In this document: in pieces, positions 1 to 13,240 of the stretch
How positions within the stretch are numbered: the stretch's first letter is position 1
Layout: each line of letters opens with the position of its first letter
NCBI RefSeq assembly: GCF_018977255.1
Contig: NW_024704743.1
Location: 23,810,001-23,874,000, forward strand
Length of the DNA: 64,000 bases
Direction of reading: 5' to 3'
Origin: Callorhinchus milii
Lineage: Eukaryota
Position numbers and translations under genes: made by a program
The notes under the pieces: model-generated
Told to the model about the DNA's origin: nothing
Database searches by the model: none
The model's input: the letters and a program-made list of their open reading frames with translations, nothing else

Positions 1-373
1 ATGATAATAATAATAACCTTTGCCCCTATTGCATCATTAAAACAATTCAAAGTGCTTCACAGCATTTTATTGTATTTTACTGTATAGTGCATTGATGGTG
101 TATTCTTAGGGCAAATCGCATCTTTGATAATTCTCTGATTGTTTGAAGCATAAAGCAAACTCCCAGTTTCCCTCAGTTCTGACCAAGTGCGCTGAGAGCA
201 GCCATGTCAGCGCATGTCTTCTGTGGCAGAGGGCCATCGAGAATGACTGCAAGGAAACTGACTAATCTCAGAGCCACAACTTGTGTGACATGAGGAAATA
301 CTTGCTGCATTCCATTGTTTCAAATTGATTGATGATTGTTCTTCAGAACTGTTTTCAGTGGTAATTTTCAGCG

Positions 374-655
374 TAATAATAATAATCCTTGCTTCTAGAT
401 GTCTCAAAGCACACAATATACCGTAAAGTGAATTGACTATATATTTGTGGGCGAAACACGGCAGCCAATTGCGCACAGCAGTGTCCCAGAAACAGTCGTA
501 GATTGAAGTGACCAATTTATTATTGTTTTCTCTTGAGGAATTATTATCAGGCGTGTGGAGTAAGGAAACTTGCCCAAGGTATTAACCAGCCGGGAATTGA
601 ACCCAGGTCCCTTTTGCAAGTCGAGTGCTCTAACCACTGAGCTACAGGACTCAAC
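374..655 (-). mobile_element. tRNA-Ala-headed SINE (family A, internally deleted form)
   Basis: Reverse complement of gagtcctgtagctcagtggttagagcactcg...ttgggcaagtttccttactcc...gcaaggattattatt. Confidence 0.9.
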
Positions 656-1039
656 GTGCAAATGGCCAATGGGGAGGGGAAGAAGCAATAAAAACAAACG
701 TTTGTGAAACCAAGATAAAAGAGTTAACTAGGGTAGAAAAAGACAAATGTTTTTAAATCTGCCAGATCACTGGGTTCCATTCCCCACTGCAGGTGCTCTG
801 ATTGTTCAGTGCTGGCCACTGCTGGAACATCTGGTGCTTCTGCTATCTTTTGCCTGATTTCCAGCTGTGGAAGCAGGTGCTACCTATGATTTAAGGGCAG
901 ATGATCCACAGCGACCATCAAACCCTGTTAAACCAAAAAAAAACACTCTATCATACTGCTCAGTTACTACCACACTGAGTTACCTTTCACCAGTTTTATA
1001 ACAACGACGACAAAATTACATTTGCAAAACTGACGTCAA

Positions 1040-1640
1040 TACACGCATTCATTACATCAAGGCTTGACTACGCAAACTCGCTGCTTGTCGGCCTCCCTAA
1101 CTCCTCCCCACTCCATAGGCTGCAGATCATCCGGAACCCTGCAGCCCGTGTCATCTCCCGCACTAGGCTCCGCGACCCTATCACCCCCATCCTTGCCCGA
1201 CTCCACTGGCTTCCCATCACACAGAGGATACAGTTCAAGATCCTGGTCCTCACCTTCAAAGCTCTCCAGCGTCTTGCTTCCCCCAACCTCTGCGACCTCC
1301 TAAACCCCTAACATCCTGCCCACTCCCTCCACTCAGCGAGCTCGGGCCTGCTTCACGTCCCCAGCCTTGCTTGCCTCACCATGCCACTTCTGCCACTCTG
1401 CCCCCACCCCCTGGAACTCCATCCCACTGTCCCTCCGTCATGCCCCCTCCCTTGCCTTCTTCAAGACCCATCTCAAGATCCTCCTCTTCGACTGTGCTTT
1501 TGATCACTCTGCTTCTCACCTCGCCCTCCACCCTCTCCAATCCCGACCCCCAGCTCAGGTCTGAAACTCTGACTGTCCAGCACCTTGGGACGTCCCACCG
1601 ATGTGAAAGGCGCTATACAAATGTAATTTTGTTGTTGTTG
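1040..1640 (+). mobile_element. 5'-truncated L2 fragment
   Basis: Decayed RT C-terminus (SRLDYANSLL, LHWLP), stem-loop and (TTG)n tail; homologous to the 3' end of the 36.8-kb element. Confidence 0.9.
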
Positions 1641-1734
1641 ACTTTTGGGCTGTATACCAGCAAGCTGGATGGGTCAAAGATATGGTTCTCATTCCTTCTA
1701 ATGATTCCTGGTAAAGTCCTGATGTACGTTTGTT

Positions 1735-2203
1735 GACCCCTATCAACTCATCTTCGCCGAACTCCACTGGCTTCCCATCACACCGAGGATACAGTTCAAG
1801 ATCCTGGTCCTCACCTTCAAAGCCCTCCATGGCCTTGCCCCCACCTACCTCTGCGACCTACTAACCCCCTACCATCCTGCCCACTCCCTTGGCTCAGTGG
1901 GCTCTGGCCTGCTTCACGTCTCCAGCCTTGCCTGCCCCATCATTGGTGAGCGGGCGGGCTTTCAGCTACTTTGCCCCCACCCTCTGGAACTCCATCCAAC
2001 AGTCCCTCATTCCCTCCCTCGCCTCCTTCAAGACCTGTATGAAGACCCTCTTCCAATGTTTCTTCGATCACCCTCCTCCCCCTGCCCTCCACCCTCCCCA
2101 ACCCCGACTCCCAACTTGGCTGCGAAACACTGATTGTCCAGCGCCTTGGGACGTCCTCCTGACGTGAAAGGCGCTATACGAATGTAATTTTGTTGTTGTT
2201 GTT
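1735..2203 (+). mobile_element. 5'-truncated L2 fragment, tandem to the previous copy
   Basis: Shares ctccactggcttcccatcacac...gatacagttcaagatcctgg with the 1040 copy; intact stem-loop and (TTG)4 tail. Confidence 0.9.
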
Positions 2204-4232
2204 AGAAATAAGGTCTGAATTTTACTCTAGACATCATCCAAAAGATGTAGAACTCCAATGTTTCCGCAGTTTTCCATGTTGAACGATCTGGAGTATTGAA
2301 AAATCACTATCTGTGGGCAATGTGCAATTGTGCAACCAAATCCCATCTAAATTGGCTATTGTGCTGCCCACTCTTCCACTCTGTGCAGTAAGCCTCCTAC
2401 GATAGCAATGAGAGCGACAGTCCCATTACAGTGAAATTACCCTCAGCTGCCTACTTAGACTCAGCTGACATTGTTCAGCCTGTGAATGGAACTCGTTCCA
2501 TTTCCTACTCCTTCAGCTCTCCGCCACTAACACACCATCAAACCACATCACTGTTAAGCACTTCGAGATGCTACGCAAGTTGATGCACCTATCTACAAAG
2601 TTGATCCAATATAAATATGATTGTCCAGTCTTTTGGTAGGTAAATGGATCGCCAAAGCTTTGGGACGTCCTCCTGATGTGAAAGGCACTATACAAATGTA
2701 ATTTGTTGTTGGCCATGCGCAACATAGGATCCGGTGCTAAGACTACTTCCTGATCTTTTGGAAGAGAAATAGGTTAGAGGAACCAGAATACACAAATATG
2801 TTTTTTGCTATGTGTACTAGGAGAAAGATAAAGCCCCTCCTTCTTTGTTATGCATCCCTTCCAAAAAAGAATTAATTCAATTCATTTAAATCGAAAGGAT
2901 GAAGACTTGACGTTGAATGTGTCCAAGTAAGACAAGTCAATCCAGTAGCGAGTAGTCTCTAGACTTGCAGTGGGAGTTATCGTGGGAAGCGTTTGATTTT
3001 GGGATCAGTCTTAGCTTGACCTAACCCTCCCTACCTTCAACCCTACCCCTTTGACCTATCTTTTCAACTTCATTTTCAACCTCACTCTCCCACCCATTCA
3101 GGCTCCTGAAACAAAATGAGTATTTTAAGGTCTTATTGGCAATGTTTCTTAATGGAATTCATCTGTTGTTATTCCCATCAATCTGTAAGAACTCTGCTCC
3201 AGAACAGATTTCTGGAAAAGGTTCCTGCTTGTGTTGCATGGAATCCTTATTAAGGAATCCTTAAAGAAACAAAACATTTTAGACCCCAAAACAGAACTTA
3301 AAAACATGTAGCAAAACCCAAAACATTGAAAATCATCTCTTTTGTTCTTTTGAAATATTGAACTCTTTTACATAGGAACCTTGAACCTACTTAAGTTTGA
3401 ACCCTGGTCAAAAGTGTTTGCTAAACCCTGACTTATGTGGGTGGGAGACAAAACCGTGCGTTATCTCTGGTAAGGTAACATAAGGTGAGAGATTTTACAG
3501 CTATTTATTTTTGTGATTAAATCTTTTAGATAAAATAGTAATAAAAGATAATATTTTTAAAACCCTTAGTATAGTAAAAATGAAAGTAAAATGCTTGATT
3601 CCTTAACAAGGATTGGATTTTTTAATTTTTTTTCTTATCTTTGAAATTGTAAATGCTTTCAGAACAGTCTAAGTATTTGCAAATGTTTATAAAGGAATTT
3701 CTCCTATTATTATAGTATGTATAATGTTCTAATTTTGTCCAGTCTGACAGAATACAACATTAAGCAGACTCAACTGTGAAACATTCCCTGGAAAAGAAAA
3801 TCAATTGGATTGTAGCAGTCACCTTTCTGTGTGAAGCTTTCTTTGAGCATGTTTTTTGCATGCTTTCAAATCGCAAACACAGTGGTTATTTCAGAATTAT
3901 TGAAGCCTTAAATTTACATGAGGTTCTAGATGGAATGACAAGTTAAATGCTGGTTCTAGCACAGCAATTTAATATACTTAAGCATTGTGTGTGCTGACAC
4001 CTCTGTAAAAGACTGGCTTGGGAATATTGAAAGGAGTATTGTGCCAAATTTATATCAACTGGAAATTGAGCCACAATGTTAATGCCTGCATTTTTCTATA
4101 ACATTAAAACATCTCGAAGTACTTATAATGATATTGCTATTAAGTGCAATAACTGTATTTGTAGGCAAACACAGCAGCCAATATGCACACAACAATACAC
4201 AACATTCAAAAGTGAAGTGAATGACTAATTTT

Positions 4233-4623
4233 ATAATAATAATAATAATCCTTGCATTTGATATCGTACCTTATCATGTTTTCGAGATGTCTCAAAGCAC
4301 TTCACAGAATATACTGTGAAGTGAATTGACTGTGGGCGAAACATGGCGGCCAATTTCACTCAACAGTGCCCCACAAACGGTTGTATTTTCTTACCCTTGA
4401 CATTGTAAATTATTGAGTGACCAAATTATTATTTTTTAATGGAATTATTACTCCCCGGAAAAGCAATCCGCCAATCAAACAATAACCAGGTTCCTACTTA
4501 CTGCTAGGTAAACATAGGGTGTGGAGTAAGGAAAACTTGCCCATCGTTCCACACGGCTCGGGAATCAAACCCAGATCCTGTCGCTTGTGAGGTGAGTGCT
4601 GTGATCACTAAGCTACAGGACTC
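4233..4623 (-). mobile_element. SINE family A, long form
   Basis: Head, central tttacctagcagtaagtaggaacc segment, body and (TTA)n tail. Confidence 0.9.
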
Positions 4624-4639
4624 TGTGTGTCAAATGCAA

Positions 4640-4965
4640 GGATTATTATTATTTGGTATAGCATCTATAATGTCAAGAATATCTCAAAGCTCTTTGTAAA
4701 AGATTGCAGGGGAGGGCAGACACTTTGAAAATCGCAGCCTCTTGTTCACAGAAAGGCATCAGGCGGATTCCGGGAGTAACTCCCTTCTCCTTTCGAAAAG
4801 TGCAATGGGATCTTCAACACCCACCTGAACAGGCAGATGGAACTTTGGTTTAAATGTCTCATCCAAAAGGCAGCATTTCCAACACTATAATGCTCCCCCA
4901 CAACACAATGGAGGGTCATCTTAGACTATGAGCTGAAAGCGCCGACATGGAGCTTAAACCCAAAA
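4640..4965 (-). mobile_element. Deu-domain SINE (family B), diverged; further partial copies near 7390-7760 (-), 20200-20500 (+), 31140-31460 (+), 40660-40880 (+), 45960-46230 (+), 54966-55200 (-), 60390-60590 (+)
   Basis: Shared aactcccttctcttttcgaa...gtgccatgggatctttaac...cacctgaacaggcaga motif. Confidence 0.75.
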
Positions 4966-5541
4966 TGAAAGATGGGAGTGTTACCAGCGCCTCCTCTACA
5001 CTGCAGGGCAGATTTCACAGAAACAACCGCCACCCGAGCGATCACTGCACATTCACATGGAGCTCGCACAATGCACTTGTCCAGACAGCTTGAATCACTA
5101 CTTTATCTGTTGGGGAATAGGGACTGTGTCTTTACAGAGTCAGTGAGGTACAGGTGTAAAGCTGGCAGTGTGGGTTGAGCGCTGCAATTGTTCATGGTGC
5201 AAAATAATAAAATGACAGTCCCACATCAGAAGCGGAATTTTGTTTGACTGCTCTTAATGGTGGTGCTGTTACCTCGGCAGCCAGCAACAGCATCTTGTTT
5301 GGCTTTTAACACTGGTACTGAGGGCAAGGCTGCTGTCAACAGCCGTACTGCAAGGTAAAGGAGGCAGTAGACCGTACAAGCGGGTGTTTATGAGAGATGA
5401 GAGTGTTTCAAAGGTCTCTGTCATTGAAGAAGCCAATAAACTGTTGATAAACTAAATATAGTACATAGGAATGTAAGACTGTTTGACATGGAGGCAAATG
5501 TAACTGTAGTTCAGGAACTAACTATGGACTCACCTCATCCA

Positions 5542-5892
5542 GTGGAGTCCTGTAGCTCAGTGGTTAGACCACTCACCTCGCAAGTGAGAGATCCTGGTTT
5601 GATTCCTGTCAGGGTGAAATGTTACTCCACATGCCTCTGGTTTACCCAGCAGTAAGTAGGAACCTCGTTGTTAGTTGTTTTCCAGGGGTAATAATTAATT
5701 CCAAAAAAATTAATAATAAATTGGTCACTTAAATCCTGTTTGTGGGACACTGCTGTGCGTAACTGACTGCCACATTTCACCCACAAAATCTACAGTCAAT
5801 TCACTTTGCAGTATATTCTGTGAAGCGCTTTGAGACATCTCAAAGACGTGATAAGGCACTATAATCAAATGCCAGGATTATTATTATTATTA
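5542..5892 (+). mobile_element. SINE family A, long form
   Basis: A-box TAGCTCAGTGG, B-box-like GGTTTGATTCC, stem-loop, (TTA)n tail. Confidence 0.9.
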
Positions 5893-8233
5893 TCCAGGTG
5901 CTCTTAAGTAACTAACCAAGAAATGGATTCTGGAATCATGTATGATCCTTATTATTGATGGATAATTGCATAATTGATGATGTAATCAATTATGCAATTA
6001 ACCAGCAGTGATTAGGATTACAGACACCTGTATGTATATGTGTTTGAACACAATTAGTCTCTGGGCTATTAGCCCAACCCGCATTTTAAACCTCATGGTG
6101 TCTGTTCCTGAGAGATCCATAATCGTGCACGCTAATATTATACAATCGGTGACTATTGCACAGTGGAGTGTGCTGCAGAGAAGGAACCGTTGATGGGTTA
6201 TTTTAATACTCAACTTGAATACAGATTGTTGTACCTCGCAACCCTCATACCTCCTGATTTTTCACTAATTCCCTCTGTAGAAGTTTGTGAAAATAATCTG
6301 AGATGAATAATGTTGTCATGCTCTAATTGCATACAATATGAAATGAGTGCATTAAAAGAGTCTTTTACTGTAAAGTACGGAGAGAATCAATTAGATTTCA
6401 GCGGGGGGAGAGTAAAGAACTGGAAAATAAACAGATGGAAAGTCCCATTTTTCAATGGGGAAACTGATGCACAGTACTCTAATGTACTGTAAAGATGCTG
6501 AATCTTTTTTATCCCATTAATCTGTTTTTAAACTGTCAAAGTAAGTATTTAAGATGTCAGACTAAATCCGCACAAATGCTCTTTTAATGATGCCTGTCTT
6601 CCTTGTGAGAATAAGGAAATACAGCAGTGTCCTGATATGAAGTGGATCAGAGCAGCTTCTGACTAGCCTTGCAATTTAGAGAAATGGCTATCATTCGCAT
6701 CAACTAGGCCGTAAACACATTAGGGCTTTACTGAATGCTTTCTTGCATCAGGTCTTTCTCGGAAATTTGCTTGTAAGTGGCTTCAACTGTGTTGCTGAAA
6801 AATGATTGAATTTAAGAGCAGGATTCCTTAGGCGAAAGAGATTTAGAACAGGCAGTGACGTTTTTGCAGATCAAAGTGAGGCACATCGCATATCCAGGCA
6901 GTGACACAGCCTCTCTGTGCTCTCAGCTGTGAAAGTTTTCTTTGTCTAACTCGTTGGTATGCTCAGTCCCACACTCTCCCAGCGCAGCTCAATTTGGAGT
7001 TTAAAAACTGCTAAACTGCTTCTGCTTTGTGCTACGGATGTGCGTCCCTCCGAGAATCTAGATTGCAGTTCGTGAAACTCATTTCATTTGTGACCTTGGG
7101 AGAGAGGAGAGCTTTTTCTGTCACTTTACAGGTAGGTTCAGACTTGGGTCTCTCAAAGGTAAGTGAGAATTCTGAGACAATTGCTTTGCTCTTCTAGCAG
7201 TTCTATGTGTGCAAGTTTTCAGTTTGTGGCTGACATAGCAATTTCTTGACTATATACTGACCTCACTTTTTTCGAGTTCGCTTTAGAAGCTAAACTTCTA
7301 CCTGTTTAGTTTCTAGTCACAAGGGTTGCAAACTATATCAATCCAAATACTTTTGTGAGCACCTCCTTTTAACCAGTTGCAGAGCCTATTAATAATAATA
7401 ATCATCCTTAAATTTGATGTGGCACGTTTCACATCGAGAGAATGTCTCAAAGCGCTTCACAGGGATTTTACCATAAAGTACATTTTAACTGTATATTTTG
7501 TAAACTAAATGCAGCAGATAATTTATGCACAGCAATGTTCCACAAACAGCCAAGGGATCAATTTTATTTGGGGGATTGTTGGCTGGGAAATCAGGAGAAA
7601 CTCCCTTCTCTTTTCGAATAGTGCCATGAGATGTTTAACTTGAACAGGTAGACAGGACCTCAGTTTAATTCTCATCCAGAGTCACCTCCAACAATGTAGT
7701 GTGCCCACAGCCCGGCTCTGGATTATCACCCTGAGCTGTAAATTCGAAGTCCCGTTGACAGAGCCTTGATGGTGGGTTGCTCACTTTTGCACAGGCACTA
7801 GTGCTAGATCTGTGGAACTCAGTAAGGGATGGAATCGTTTTTGTAATAGTCATAAATAAAACAATTGTGTAATATTGAAAAATAAAATCTTTTTGACAAA
7901 TTAAAGCTAAACCTGTGTCAGTTTCCAGGATGCAGATTGAAGTTAAATCTACCGTATATTGTTAGGCTAGCATGGAACTGGCCAGTCAGCCAAGACTTAA
8001 ATCCATAAATACAATGAAGTAGAGTTTTCACTATTTTTCAAGAGCTATTTCAGAATTAGGGTTGATGGAAAATTGAGCCCAATTTGTTCTTGTCCAGTAA
8101 ATGTTGAAGCTATTCATTCTTCTTCAATTAACGCCACTTTCTGCCCAACATGTTAGTGTGCCTTTGAACCATTTTTTTTTTACAATTTGCATGGAACAGG
8201 ATTGCTGTGGTGATTGGTCCAGCGTCCTTGTCA

Positions 8234-8304
8234 CAGAAACTCACAGGGTTGGCAAATGCATGACATAGGTTTGAGTCTGCATTTGCCAACCCTGTGAGTT
8301 TCTG
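8234..8304. repeat. Perfect inverted repeat, 27-bp arms, 17-nt spacer
   Basis: cagaaactcacagggttggcaaatgca (8234-8260) and tgcatttgccaaccctgtgagtttctg (8278-8304). Confidence 0.95.
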
Positions 8305-8558
8305 ATCTCAGCTGCGTTGCCTGTCAGAGGAGACCAGCACAGTGTCTCTCCACAAAAAATGTGCAGTTTATGTCAGGCTGGGCTATAATAGTTATAGTGC
8401 TTGAATCAACACCATTCCCCTCCTTTCCCCCCCTTCCCCCCCCCCCCCCCCCCCCCCATTGGAAGAAAATGGAAGTAAAACTCAATGAAACCTTAATCTG
8501 CAGAAGTACGTGACTCAGATAAATACATTTGGACACAAAGGAATGAAAATAGAATAAT

Positions 8559-8945
8559 GTCAGCCTGGCTCAGTTGGTATCAGAGTCAGAGGGTTGTGGA
8601 TTCAAGCCCCATATTGGGACTTTGAACTCACGTAGGCCAAGCTGATATTCCAATACAATAATGGGGAGCGCTGCATTGTTGGAGGTGCCGTTATTCAGAT
8701 GACATTAAACCAAGATCCCATCTGCCTCTTCAGATGCACTTTAAAGATTTTTGCCTCGAGAGAGAAAAAAACATTAAAAAATTAGTCTTTCACTTCATGG
8801 CTGTTTGTGGGACATTGTTGTGGGTAAATTGACTGCTGTGTTTGCCTTCAAAATATACTGTCATTAAGCGTTACAGTATATCCTGTGAAATACTTTGAGA
8901 TATCCTGCTTATGTGGCACAATATCAAATGCAAGGTTTATTGTTG
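8559..8945 (+). mobile_element. Deu-domain SINE (SacSINE1/AmnSINE1-like; family B)
   Basis: tRNA head gtcagcctggctcagttggta, then gggagcgctgcattgttggaggtgccg...cagatgacattaaaccaagatcccatctgcc, recalled as Deu-domain-like; L2-type tail. Confidence 0.8.
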
Positions 8946-11900
8946 TAATAACATTGGTTCCAAAGTTGCCACAGCCCTACAGAACCAGCGAGGTAACCAA
9001 AAGGTTATTTTAAAGATACACTGTACATTAAAGCATTACTGGCTGTAGATTAACTCTGCAGTGGGAAACTGAAATCCCAGGCATGTGGAAATGTCAGTGT
9101 GTTAAAACGCCTGCAGCTGTAGACGAAAAATGGTAGCAAACACAAACTTAAAGAATAATGTCTCAAGGCATTAATTTGCCAATCATGGCTCAACGATTGC
9201 AGCCAAAATGTGTTTTATTGTACGCTTAACTGAAGCTAAATTTATATTTAAAAATGACCCACTTTGAAGAGCACTTGGATAGACCAAAGAATATCATTGT
9301 GATTGCAGCAGGCAGTCATTCTTGTCGGTCACATTACGACTTAGCGGACAATAGTGACAATCATTGTGTGAAATGCAATGACTTAATCACGTTTAGCATT
9401 TTGGTTCAAGAAAAAACATCGAACCACTCGATGGATCAGTGTATAAAAGCCTCTATGATGAAATGCTGAGGCACAGATACCTGCAAGGTCCCAGCTTCAC
9501 ATTATGGGCTGCGTTGATGTATACCTGATCTCATCAAAAGCATAGGAAGACTACACTTAACTCAGTAACTCAGGGAAAAGCAAGAGTAAGGTCAGTCTGA
9601 GTTCCAACTGTTGGTCACCATTCAATGGCCTCTGCGAGAAAGTGTTCAGATTGAAAAGGGATCAGGATCACTAGTGAGCTTCCCCCCAATATCCCACCCC
9701 CTCTCATAGCATGGTCAACAGCATTACCATGAATTATTCTTAGTTTAATGCAGTGTGCTTTTGTGTTTGTATACTATTGGAACAATACTTATAAAATATA
9801 TTTAAAAAAAGGTGCATTTTATTATTGTAAGTACTTTTACTATCGCAATGCCCATCTGGTAGAAATTCTAGATTAGGTGTACATAGGTAACATGAAAACT
9901 CCCAATTAGGGTTGAAATGGATTACAATTCCTTTTAGTCCAGTGTTTTGTGATATGTTTAATTGTAAATTGTTTGTTGTTGTTTAAGAATGGATAATGGC
10001 TGTTCTAGAAGCCAAAATGATACTCGTGTTTCCCGTTGCTTCAAGACTGAACCTTGTGGGGGTGGAAAGGGGGGACGTCCACACTGGGAAAATATCTTCC
10101 TTTCCTACAGGAGTAACCAATGTTATTATGGAAGAGGAGCAGGAAGCTCAGGATTAGCCAGCACATACAAGGCGAGGATCAAGGAAAAGCCCCCAAGCCT
10201 TGTTAAATGACGTTTAATCCAAAGGATGATTTATGCATCTTTAACCGAGAAATGTGAAACATGGTTCAGTTTCATCGGGAGAGTAATAACAGAAAGGTCA
10301 AATAACATTTTTTAGTGACTTCCACTACTTTATCTGTAGCTCACTGTATATCGCATACTTTTACTATAGATTTATCTCAGGCTTTCAGCGATGCTTGGGT
10401 TTGTATTGCTTAAGAATCTGTGTCTGTCTACACCCAAGAGGTGATGAACATCATGGGCTGGAATGACGGCAAATTAATTTGTTTATCTTAAAATGCAGAA
10501 AAGCGACTGGTCATACAGTAAAACACTTTATGCGATTGCTGTGTTGTTGTTGTTGCTGTCGTTGTCTTGGTTCAGGGTGTTTAGTGTCCCTCTGCAGGAT
10601 CCAGAGACTATTAACCAAGCCAGTGTCGGACTCTACCACATCTGGTGGTTGAAGCTGAAACCATAGTGAACCATATTAGCTTTCAAGAGACAACTAGATA
10701 GGTTTCCAAAAATGGAGTAATCTGCTGGGGAAAACGCAGGTAACTGGGACTAAACAGATTTCTCTTAAAATAGTCAGCGTGGACAAAATGGGACCAATAG
10801 CCTTCTTCTGTGCTGTAAATTTCTGTGGTTCTGCTGAAGACAATAACTTGGTGATCCATTAGTGCCCAAGTGGAGCACAATGCCTGGAACATGATTTGTT
10901 TCCCCAGGGTTGTTGAAAAAACCAGAGCCAACACCCAACTCCTTCAACCCAGCGCTCATTTATTTGACTGCAAGACAACAACTGACTGCGGACTGGCTTT
11001 TGAGAGGCTTAATGCCATGGCTCAGGACCCCAACACAATTGATGACAGATACACCTCAGAATGTATTTGAATTGATCTGCTGATGAATTCCTGCACAAGC
11101 TACTCAATGGCACAAATTTCTTTACAGTATAGTCACTACACTTTGCAGTTCCTCCCGAGAGAAAAGATGCTATATCAAATGCAAGGATATTAATTATCAT
11201 GAATATTATTGTTTTACTTGCAAAATCTCTGTAACTAATGCTGAGAGATAATATTCCCTCCTGTGCCATTAGCTACTGTTTGGCAAGCTTCCCACTGCTT
11301 GTCCAGCTAGTACCACCCTACCTGTTAGGAATTTGGCTTGTAGGGTTAACATCAACCTACATCCTGTTTCCAATGTCATGAGTTAAACAATTTCTGAAAC
11401 ATTATTTTACTAAACTCACCTTGCAAGACAAGCACAAGGGGATGTGTAGGAAAACGCAAAGAAAAATGATCAAAAGAAATGCATAGGAGCATGGGAATGA
11501 AAAAGGCAAAGGAAAGAGACAGGAGAAAGCTGTGCAACTACCCTAAAAACGTCCTGGCATCCTCTGGGACCATCAAATCAGCCATGAACACTTATGAGCC
11601 CGGGCATATTAGCCATATTTTCAAGGAGGGAATGAGTTATTTTTTGTAAGAAAAAAAAGGGCAGGAATAACATTGGCAAGGTGTTAAATTTGATTCATTT
11701 GTATTCTGTTGCCTTGGTTACTTTTACAAAATTGACTTTTTGCTTGATATATTTTCCATATCAACCACAGTTTAGACCCTAATGAGAATAAATGGGATTC
11801 TCCACTCAAGGTGAAAACTTATATCCTGTGTTTTTTTCATATTAAAAATAATGGTAACCCCTCCTGCATGTTCCAAATATGGAAGTGTCTTTTCCAACTC

Positions 11901-12479
11901 ACTTTGATAAATTGACACTCGAGCCTCTGTCTACTCCCGTGAGCTGAAGCTAATTTAGACATGGGAATGGGTTATAAAATTATAAGGGCTTTCAGGTATT
12001 TTAAAACAAAGGAAATCAAATGCTTGGATAAGTGAGTGAGAGAAGGGAGAATTTCTTTATGAAGATTTTGTGAAGGTTAATGGCGATGTATGTACTCAAT
12101 ACAGTAAAAGGGAAATAGTGGCTTTGTATTTTTCATTCTTTCACCCTTCTCTTTCCTCCCCCCACCATCTCCCCTCCCCACCCCCTCCCCCACCCACTGT
12201 TGCTAACATTGGTCCACACTATTTCCTACTGTGGGTAATCGGCAAGATTTCCAAACTGTGATGCTCCCTGACAGACCAAACTCTGACCTATAATAACTCT
12301 CACCTATGAATCCCTTCATATCCTTGCACCTCTCTACCTCTACAAAGCACAATACCATTAACATTAAATAAAGCACCTTCTCAAAGCATTTGACACTTTT
12401 AGCTGGGCTGAGCCATAGTTGGGGGTTCGGGGGAGGGCGGGTGGTGGTGGAGGGGAGATGGGAATCTCTGATCTTCTCT

Positions 12480-12780
12480 TCACTCCAATACTTGCTCCTT
12501 CCACTCAGCAAACTTGGGCCTGCTGTACGTTCCCCGTCCCTTTGCTTCCCTATCGGTGACTGAGATTTCTGCAGCTACACCCCTTGCCTCTGGAAGTCCC
12601 TCTCCCCCTCCACCTGCCTATCCATCTCCATCCACCCCTTCTCTATTTCTATTCAAATCTCACCTTAAATCCTACATCTTGGGCCGCCTCACTTGCTTGC
12701 CACCTGACCCCGTCTCTTTAAAGTGTTCTGAGATGTTATCCTGCGTAAAGGCCCCTATGTAAATGCAAGTTGGTGTTGAG
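12480..12780 (+). mobile_element. Old L2 3' fragment (second subfamily, aaatgcaagttg tail)
   Basis: Degenerate L2 C-terminus/3'UTR ending atgtaaatgcaagttggtgttg; similar remnants near 18960-19160 and 19650-19820. Confidence 0.6.
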
Positions 12781-12924
12781 AATTGTGCTTGAATCTGCTA
12801 CCACCTGACCCGAAGTTGAGGCAACATTGTAATCCCATTATTGTGAGGATAGAAAAATGTGAGTTTAGTTTCATACAACCAACCTGTTGCCAATGCTAAA
12901 ATATTACTGCGAAACAATATTTAT

Positions 12925-13240
12925 AGGAGTCGTGTGGCTCAGTGGTTAGAGCACTCGCTTTGCAAGCGAGAGACCTGAGTTTAATTCCAGGCAGGGCGAA
13001 ACCTTGGGCAAGTTTCCTTACTCCACACGCCTAATAATAATCCCTCCAAAAACCAAAAACAATAATAAATTGGTCATTTTCAATCTACGGCTATTTGTGG
13101 GACATTGCTGTGCGCAATGGCTGCCGCGTTCGCCCACAAATATACAGTCAATTCACTTTATAGTGTGTTCTGTGAAGCACTTTGGGACGTCCTCCCGACG
13201 TGAAAAGCGCTATATCAAATGCAAGGATTATTATTATTAT
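12925..13240 (+). mobile_element. SINE family A, young short subfamily
   Basis: Nearly identical to 63781-64000; stem-loop GGGACGTCCTCCCGACGTG. Confidence 0.92.

Noticed and set aside
5200..5400. Possible conserved non-coding enhancers here and near 30150-30300
   Set aside because: Repeat-free, but function or conservation cannot be supported without alignments.
8436..8457. Long C homopolymer (poly-Gly ORF on the minus strand)
   Set aside because: Simple mononucleotide run with no coding evidence.
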